DNA from: SAR86 cluster bacterium
GTDB lineage: Bacteria; Pseudomonadota; Gammaproteobacteria; Magnimaribacterales; D2472
NCBI GenBank assembly: GCA_023703655.1
Contig: CP097973.1
Span: 971,831-1,035,830 of the forward strand
DNA length: 64,000 bases
Reading direction: 5' to 3'
Under the pieces are notes generated by a model. That model made no database searches. It saw nothing but the letters and a program-made list of their open reading frames with translations, and was not told the DNA's origin. A program made the translations under genes and the position numbers. Positions 57,739 to 64,000 of the stretch are shown here, one piece after another; positions within the stretch are counted from its first letter, which is position 1, and each line of letters opens with the position of its first letter.

Positions 57739-59539
57739 ATTTTGCAAGTAGCCTATCCTCTAATGCTTTCTGCTCTTTTTGGATATCATACTTTCTACAA
57801 TAACCGTTGTTCCAGTCTAAAAAATCATCATAAAGACGATCACCTATATTTGTAAAGACTTCATATACCAATACGCATTTTTCAAGATCAGTTCCGGAAA
57901 AATCATCAAAATTTAAAATAGATAATAAATCTTTTTCTGCATCAGAAATATTTTGCATATCTCTATCTTTATCAAGCTTGAGAAAAGATCTTGAGTTTGA
58001 GTCAAACTGCAACCAATCTATGCTTTCGATACTTGGTTTACCATTTTGTGCAAATGTTGACCATGCTTGCATCATTGTCTCTTGCATCTGATAACGTGCA
58101 TCGTTATTTGGATAAACATATTTTGTAACTGGCCCATATTGAAAGTCACCTGTAAGAAATGCAATTTCAACTCCATGAGAAGCACCCAATAATTTTGGAG
58201 TATTTGCATAAAAGCTTCTTCTCTGATCATCCCAATCAAACCTATAAGCAAATAATTCGCTATAACCTGCTTTTTCAAGTGCTATGAGTGGCTCATCAAC
58301 ACCTCTGTATTTCCATGCATCTGATCGAATTTTTACCCATGATGCATAAAGATTTGGATCTAATATTTTTATTCTTGGGATAGGAATCAACCTAGTAAAA
58401 GGATAAATGATTTTAACAAAATACCTATGTACTCCCAACCATAAAGATAACTCATCTTTATTTGATCCAAGAATTACTGGAATATCTTTCGATAAATTTG
58501 AATCCGCTAAATCCTTTAAAAGACCATTAGACGTAATAACAATATCATCTCTGTTGAGAAGAGGCATGTAGTCTCTTGTATTTTTTTCTACATCTAAATA
58601 AATCTGCATAATTGATTCTGCAGATAGTGATTTAAGCAATTGTCTTTGAATTTCTAAATCTTCACTATTAAAATTTTTAATATTACCTTTAGTTAGAGAA
58701 CTTACATTACTATCACTGAAAACACTTAACGAACCTAAATCATTAAGTTGCTGAACATTATTTTTTCCCAAAGCCTCTTCTTTTGTATATGAAGTTGTAT
58801 AACCAGATTGTGAAATAGCTTTTTGAAAAAGATTTTTGGCTTGAGGTGCAGCTAATAAACTTAAAACATTATGTCCACCTGCAGATTCACCAAATATGGT
58901 TATATTATTAGCATCTCCACCAAATTTGCTAATATTATTTTTTACCCATCTCAAAGCTTCAATGATATCTAAAGTTCCAAAGTTTGATGTTTGATCAATG
59001 CCGGTTTGGAGATTTTGTATGGCAGGGTGTCTGAACCAACCAAATGGGCCAAGTCTGTAATTTATTGTTACTACAACAACCTGCTTTTTTCTAACAAATT
59101 CAGTAAAATCATAATAATCCTTGTACCCTGTAGTGTTACCGCCACCGTGAATCCAAAACATTACTGGTAGTTTCTTAACCTTTGAAGAAGAGACTAAAGT
59201 TAGTGCATCCTTTGGACTTTTAATATCTAAATATAAGCAATCTTCTGAACCAACTATATTTTTACCACTCATTCCAGCATATCTTGATGGTTCTTGAACA
59301 CATCCATTAGGCTTCAGTTGATCTATAACAATGCTCGAATCATTGATTGGTTGTGGAGCCATCCATCTTAAGTCTTTAATGGGAGGCATTGCATATGGAA
59401 TATTTTTCCAAGTTATGACCTCATCTTGTTCAATACCTTCAACTACACCTGAAGAAGTAATTATTGATCCCTTTGAAAAAATAGGTAAAATGCACATATA
59501 AAACAAAAATATTCGAGAACTTGTTTTACAAAATTTCAT
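57716..59539 (-). CDS. Type-B carboxylesterase/lipase, secreted
   Basis: IPYA, SEDCLYL, WIHGGG, NYRLG, FGESAGG, HGVEI. Confidence 0.93.
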   Translation of the reverse strand: MKFCKTSSRIFLFYMCILPIFSKGSIITSSGVVEGIEQDEVITWKNIPYAMPPIKDLRWMAPQPINDSSIVIDQLKPNGCVQEPSRYAGMSGKNIVGSEDCLYLDIKSPKDALTLVSSSKVKKLPVMFWIHGGGNTTGYKDYYDFTEFVRKKQVVVVTINYRLGPFGWFRHPAIQNLQTGIDQTSNFGTLDIIEALRWVKNNISKFGGDANNITIFGESAGGHNVLSLLAAPQAKNLFQKAISQSGYTTSYTKEEALGKNNVQQLNDLGSLSVFSDSNVSSLTKGNIKNFNSEDLEIQRQLLKSLSAESIMQIYLDVEKNTRDYMPLLNRDDIVITSNGLLKDLADSNLSKDIPVILGSNKDELSLWLGVHRYFVKIIYPFTRLIPIPRIKILDPNLYASWVKIRSDAWKYRGVDEPLIALEKAGYSELFAYRFDWDDQRRSFYANTPKLLGASHGVEIAFLTGDFQYGPVTKYVYPNNDARYQMQETMMQAWSTFAQNGKPSIESIDWLQFDSNSRSFLKLDKDRDMQNISDAEKDLLSILNFDDFSGTDLEKCVLVYEVFTNIGDRLYDDFLDWNNGYCRKYDIQKEQKALEDRLLAKYGELTIF

Positions 59540-59586
59540 AACGATATAAATATAAGATTTATTAAGAAAACCTTTGAGGACTTATT

Positions 59587-60789
59587 ATGACATATAAAAT
59601 TGCACATGCAGAAAGAACAAATCAAAAGCTCCATGATGAAATGATTCAAAGGGCTGAGGATTTAATCCCTGTACTTAGGGAACGTTCAGAGGATGCAATA
59701 AAAGATAGAAGAATTCCAAAAGAAACAATCGAAGATTTTAAAAAGGCTGGATTTTTTAAGATATTACAATCAAAAAAGTATGGCGGTTACGAACTTGATC
59801 CGCATACCTTCTCTGAAGTTCAAATTAGGGTAGCTCAAGGTTGTATGTCTACTGCATGGGTATTAGGCGTGGTCGGAATTCATCCATTTCAATTAGCTCT
59901 TTATGACGAAAAGGCCCAAGAAGAAGTTTATGGTGATGATCCTGATACTCTAGTTTCATCTTCTTACGCTCCGCTCGGAAAAGTTGAGCATGTCAATGGT
60001 GGATTCAAACTTTCTGGTCATTGGCAATGGTCAAGTGGCTCTGAACATTGTGAGTGGGCACTTTTAGGCGCGCTCGTATTTCCACCTGAAGGTGGAGCTC
60101 CCGAGTATAGAACTTTCCTTCTGCCTCGTGAAGACTATGAAATCAAAGATACTTGGTATTCAATGGGTTTAAAAGCTACAGGAAGCCAAGATGTCATCGT
60201 AAAAGACGTGTTTGTACCAGAATATAGAACACATAAGCAGTCTGATGGTTTTAACCTTACTAATCCAGGTTATTCGATTAATAAAAATGATTTATTTAAA
60301 ATTCCATGGGGTCAATTATTTGTTAGGGCCGTGTCAACACCAGCTTTAGGTGCAACCAAAAGAATGCTTGAGCTATTTATAGAAGGTGCAAACAATAAAG
60401 CATCGAGTGATCCTTCAAAACTAGCAGGCGATACTCATTCTCAAGCACTTGTTGCAGATGCAGCAGTTGAACTAGATTCAATTGAAACCATTATGTTCAG
60501 AAATTATGATGTGATGGTTGATCAAGCTGGAAACCAAGGTGGAATTCCAATGATTGATAGAGTTAAATTTAGATATGATGCTTCATTAGTCTTAGAGAAA
60601 TGTTTGGGTGTTGCTGATAAGCTTTTCTCGAATGCTGGAGGAGCTTCAGTATTTGCAGGAAGTGAAATACAAAAACTTTTCCTTGATGTCCATACTGCAA
60701 GAGCACATGTTGCTAATAATCCTGTAAACTTCAGTAGAAATTATGGCGCAATGCAGCTTGGTGCTGAAAATACTGACTATTTCGTTTAA
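59587..60789 (+). CDS. HsaA-like flavin-dependent monooxygenase oxygenase subunit
   Basis: GCMSTAWV, SSSYAP, WSSGSEH, GLKATGS, ARAH. Confidence 0.85.
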   Translation: MTYKIAHAERTNQKLHDEMIQRAEDLIPVLRERSEDAIKDRRIPKETIEDFKKAGFFKILQSKKYGGYELDPHTFSEVQIRVAQGCMSTAWVLGVVGIHPFQLALYDEKAQEEVYGDDPDTLVSSSYAPLGKVEHVNGGFKLSGHWQWSSGSEHCEWALLGALVFPPEGGAPEYRTFLLPREDYEIKDTWYSMGLKATGSQDVIVKDVFVPEYRTHKQSDGFNLTNPGYSINKNDLFKIPWGQLFVRAVSTPALGATKRMLELFIEGANNKASSDPSKLAGDTHSQALVADAAVELDSIETIMFRNYDVMVDQAGNQGGIPMIDRVKFRYDASLVLEKCLGVADKLFSNAGGASVFAGSEIQKLFLDVHTARAHVANNPVNFSRNYGAMQLGAENTDYFV

Positions 60790-60801
60790 TTCAAATAGTA
60801 T

Positions 60802-62766
60802 TTAGTCTTTTTTAATTTGGTATTCTTTGTACCATGCCTGAAACATGAGTACTCCCCATATTTTTGGGGTCCAATCATGTTTTCCTGACAAATGTTCATC
60901 CCAAACTGTTTTAATAGGTTCATAGTTTAGAAATCCCTGCTCTTCAATAAAGTCTTTTCTAATAAGGTCTTCGGCCCATTCTTTTAACGGTCCCCTTAAC
61001 CATTCGCCAATTGGTATAGCGAAACCAGATTTTGATCTTTCAGTAAGATTTTGCGGTACGTACTTTTTAAGTATATTTCTCAATGGCAATTTACCTTTCC
61101 TTTTAGATATGTTGAATTTAATGGGCATTCGAGATGCAACAGATATAACATCTGGATCAAGAAAAGGAACTCGGGTCTCAAGGCTAATAGACATTGCAGC
61201 CCTATCAACCTTGCACAAAATGTCATCAGGTAGATAAGTTAATGAGTCAACAGCCATCATTCTCTTTGTTTCCGAATTAATAAAGTGGAAGGATAATGAT
61301 AATTGATCAAAATCATCTTCATTATGTGTTTCCATATCTTTCACTAATTTACTAGGATCTTGCCAGATAGTGGCTAAACTCATAGAAAATTCTCCAAGAG
61401 TATTAATTTTTTTTAGCTTTTCTGCAATTTTATGAACTTTTGATCCAAATTTTGGAATAGGTTTAAAAAAGAGAAGCTTTTCTCCAATAAAATCAAGGGT
61501 TCTTATGTTAATAGAACTCAAAACTTTTCCAATCAATTTTCTTAAAGGGAATGGAATAATTGAAATAATATTCCAAATTTTTGGTACATGTGTATATCTG
61601 TTATATCCTCCAAATAATTCATCACCTCCATCGCCACTCAGAGCAACGGTTACTCCAGATTTTGCTATTTCAGAAACTAGTACAGTTGGAATTTGGGAGG
61701 AATCTGCAAAAGGTTCGTCATAAATTTCAGGTAACCGTTCTATAACTTGGATAGCTTCTTGTTCATTTAAAATCATTTCCGTGTGATCAGTTCCTAAATA
61801 GTTTGCAATGTCTTTTGCATAGATAGACTCATCATAGTTTCTGTCTTTAAATCCGATTGTAAATGTTTTAACTGGAGTGTTAGAAAAGCTCTGTAGCAGC
61901 GCTGTAATCAGTGTTGAATCAATTCCACCACTCAGAAAGGTGCCGAGTGGAACATCAGAAATAAGCTGTGACTTTATGGAGCGTGTCAAGGAATGCTCAA
62001 CTGCAGCATCTGCTAAATGTATATCTTTAAATGGCTCCACTTCCCCCTTTCTAAAGACATCATGAAGCTTCCAATATGATTTTATTGATGGTTTTGAAAA
62101 TGAAAAATAATCTTTTGAGACTTTAAACTGTATAAATTTTCCAGGCTCAAGCTTGTACAAATCTTTAAAAATACAGTGTGGGGAAGGTATATAATTGTAC
62201 TTAAAATATTTAACGAGTGCTTTTTTGCAAATCTCGTTATTAAAATCATTAAATTGCATTATTGATTTAAGTTCAGACGCAAAAACTAAATTATCATTTA
62301 CATATCCATAATAAAGGGGCTTTTCGCCCATCCTATCCCTTGCTAAAGTAATCGTTTCTTCTGTTGAATCCCACAAACATAACGCAAACATTCCTTTTGC
62401 TAACTTTAGAGTTTCTTCAATTCCCAATGTTTCAAATGATTTAAGTATGGTTTCGGTATCAGAATGACCATTCCAATTGATTTTAGTCTTATTTATATTT
62501 TGAAGTTTTTCTCTAATTTCAAAATGATTATAAATTTCTCCATTAAAAATTAAGGTTAGTTCTTTTGAGCCTGATTGCATGGGCTGATTACCTGCAGATG
62601 AGAGATCTTGAATCGCAAGTCGCTGATGCCCCAAAGCAATACCATATGATTCATCAATCCATGATCCTGAGGAATCTGGGCCTCTGTGAGAAAGACTCAA
62701 CCGCATGCTATCAATTGTTGATTGCATATCATTCACTTTAGCTACAAATCCAGTAATTCCACACAT
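60802..62766 (-). CDS. asnB: Asparagine synthase-family glutamine amidotransferase (glycan-amidating type likely)
   Basis: MCGI, HRGPD, FNGEIYN, LSGGIDS, SGDGGDELFGGY, KVDRAAM. Confidence 0.93.
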   Translation of the reverse strand: MCGITGFVAKVNDMQSTIDSMRLSLSHRGPDSSGSWIDESYGIALGHQRLAIQDLSSAGNQPMQSGSKELTLIFNGEIYNHFEIREKLQNINKTKINWNGHSDTETILKSFETLGIEETLKLAKGMFALCLWDSTEETITLARDRMGEKPLYYGYVNDNLVFASELKSIMQFNDFNNEICKKALVKYFKYNYIPSPHCIFKDLYKLEPGKFIQFKVSKDYFSFSKPSIKSYWKLHDVFRKGEVEPFKDIHLADAAVEHSLTRSIKSQLISDVPLGTFLSGGIDSTLITALLQSFSNTPVKTFTIGFKDRNYDESIYAKDIANYLGTDHTEMILNEQEAIQVIERLPEIYDEPFADSSQIPTVLVSEIAKSGVTVALSGDGGDELFGGYNRYTHVPKIWNIISIIPFPLRKLIGKVLSSINIRTLDFIGEKLLFFKPIPKFGSKVHKIAEKLKKINTLGEFSMSLATIWQDPSKLVKDMETHNEDDFDQLSLSFHFINSETKRMMAVDSLTYLPDDILCKVDRAAMSISLETRVPFLDPDVISVASRMPIKFNISKRKGKLPLRNILKKYVPQNLTERSKSGFAIPIGEWLRGPLKEWAEDLIRKDFIEEQGFLNYEPIKTVWDEHLSGKHDWTPKIWGVLMFQAWYKEYQIKKD

Positions 62767-62795
62767 TTTAATTTTAGGAAGACGTAAGCATTTAT

Positions 62796-63560
62796 TTACA
62801 AGTGATATCCACCATCAACTGGTATGCAATGACCAGTAACATATGCTGCATGCGAGGATGCCAAAAATAATGCTGTATTAGATACTTCTTCTGCCGCACC
62901 AAATCTTTTAATTGCTAAGTTAGCCATCACTGCTTCATGCCATTTTTCGTCAAAGAAAGTATTCTCTTCATTCAGCAGCCTATGAAATATTCCTGCATCA
63001 ATAACACCAAGCGCAATTGAGTTTGCTCTAACTCCATTTACACCCTCCTCCTTTGCTATACCTTTGATTAATTGTTCAACTGTAGCCTTTGGTGCAACTG
63101 ATAAAACATCTCCCGGTGGATATTTAAATAGCCCAGCGCTACTTATGAAAACAAGAGATCCTTGTGACTCCCTCAATATTTTGATGCTATGAGAAACTAA
63201 ATTAAAAAATCCATTAATATCAGAATCAATAACTCGCCTCCATGTTTCAGGATCAATTTCAGAAATATATTTTTGCGGAATGTTAAAACCAGCAGCATTA
63301 ATAATAGTATTTATTCCTTGATTACTCTCATTAATCTTGGATAAAGATGTCTTTACAGAATTCTCATTGGAAAGATCGAGCTGAATGGCGCTAACTTTTC
63401 CATTTAATTCTTCAACTATCTTAGTAGCTTCGTCTTTATTTGAATTATATGTAAAGACAACCCTCGCACCATGATTATGGAAAGTCCTTACACATTCTGA
63501 ACCAACTCCACCTGTACCTCCTATGACTAGGACACATCCATCTTTAAAGTTTTTATCCAT
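62796..63560 (-). CDS. Short-chain dehydrogenase/reductase (atypical active site)
   Basis: GGTGGVG, NAAG, SVAPK in place of YxxxK, VDGG. Confidence 0.88.
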   Translation of the reverse strand: MDKNFKDGCVLVIGGTGGVGSECVRTFHNHGARVVFTYNSNKDEATKIVEELNGKVSAIQLDLSNENSVKTSLSKINESNQGINTIINAAGFNIPQKYISEIDPETWRRVIDSDINGFFNLVSHSIKILRESQGSLVFISSAGLFKYPPGDVLSVAPKATVEQLIKGIAKEEGVNGVRANSIALGVIDAGIFHRLLNEENTFFDEKWHEAVMANLAIKRFGAAEEVSNTALFLASSHAAYVTGHCIPVDGGYHL

Positions 63561-63562
63561 GT

Positions 63563-64000
63563 TTATCTCTCAAATGTGCTTATTGAGGTCATTATATCAT
63601 CTAGTTTATTAAGGAACTTTACAGCATAAACTCCATTAATGATTCTATGATCATATGATAGTGACACAGGTAATATTTCGGTCTCCTGCGGATGCTCATC
63701 AATCATTTTGACTGATTTAAAAGTCTTTGAGACCCCTAAGATTGCTACCTCAGGTAGATTAATTATTGGTGTGAAAAATTTACCCTTGAATCCACCCAAT
63801 GATGATATGGTGAAAGTACCACCTTTTAATTGATCGGGCCCTAACCGTCTTTTTTGAGCTTTATCAGCCAAACTTCTTATTTCATCTGAAATTTGCTCCA
63901 CTGACAATTCACTTGCTGACTTAATGTTTGGAACAACTAATCCATAATCAGTGTCTACAGCAATTCCCATATTAATAAATTTCTTTTCATAATAGCCGTC
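63563..64000 (-). CDS. aceF: Pyruvate dehydrogenase E2, C-terminal part (gene runs off window)
   Basis: Frame open to 64000; GIAVDTDYGLVVP, FTISSLG, PIINLPEVAILG, LSYDHRIING. Confidence 0.9.
   Translation of the reverse strand, partial: DGYYEKKFINMGIAVDTDYGLVVPNIKSASELSVEQISDEIRSLADKAQKRRLGPDQLKGGTFTISSLGGFKGKFFTPIINLPEVAILGVSKTFKSVKMIDEHPQETEILPVSLSYDHRIINGVYAVKFLNKLDDIMTSISTFER

Noticed and set aside
1305-62065. Many 60-150 aa ORFs antisense to or nested within long genes
   Set aside because: Shadow ORFs of well-supported genes; no motifs or independent start signals
63563-64000. DHRIING instead of DHRxxDG in E2
   Set aside because: Asn at this position is known in Azotobacter/Pseudomonas-type AceF; not a defect

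Overview
Gene-dense, AT-rich (roughly one-third G+C by eye) bacterial chromosome segment with very short intergenic spacers. Gene content (TonB receptor, photolyase, many lipid-catabolic enzymes, Pseudomonas-type AceF motif) suggests a streamlined marine gammaproteobacterium, plausibly SAR86-like (inference). Contents: (1) 1-19 kb acyl-CoA/branched-lipid catabolism, including an Atu/AccD2-like carboxylase operon and two paired acyl-CoA dehydrogenases; (2) prc and xthA; (3) a more AT-rich surface-glycan region (22-32 kb) around tadA and tRNA-Leu(UAA), with a CMAH-like metallo-beta-lactamase, PQQ-type dehydrogenases, a 2OG-Fe(II) oxygenase, GT-C-like and Wzy-like proteins; (4) a purine block: TonB receptor behind a near-consensus sigma-54 promoter, PRTase, NCS2 permease, apt, guaA, guaB; (5) phhB, fumC, aldolase, ALDH, phrB; (6) a seven-gene operon that looks like a pyruvate-aldolase route to an unusual CMP-activated ulosonic acid with an ELM1/GtrOC1-type transferase; (7) WecA with a ~116-aa insert, DUF3604, esterase, HsaA-like oxygenase, asnB, SDR and the 3' end of aceF. 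Two single-base homopolymer frameshifts and an exact 344-bp tandem duplication may be assembly artefacts. No CRISPR, rRNA, integrase or transposase was seen. All family calls come from motif recognition, not database searches.
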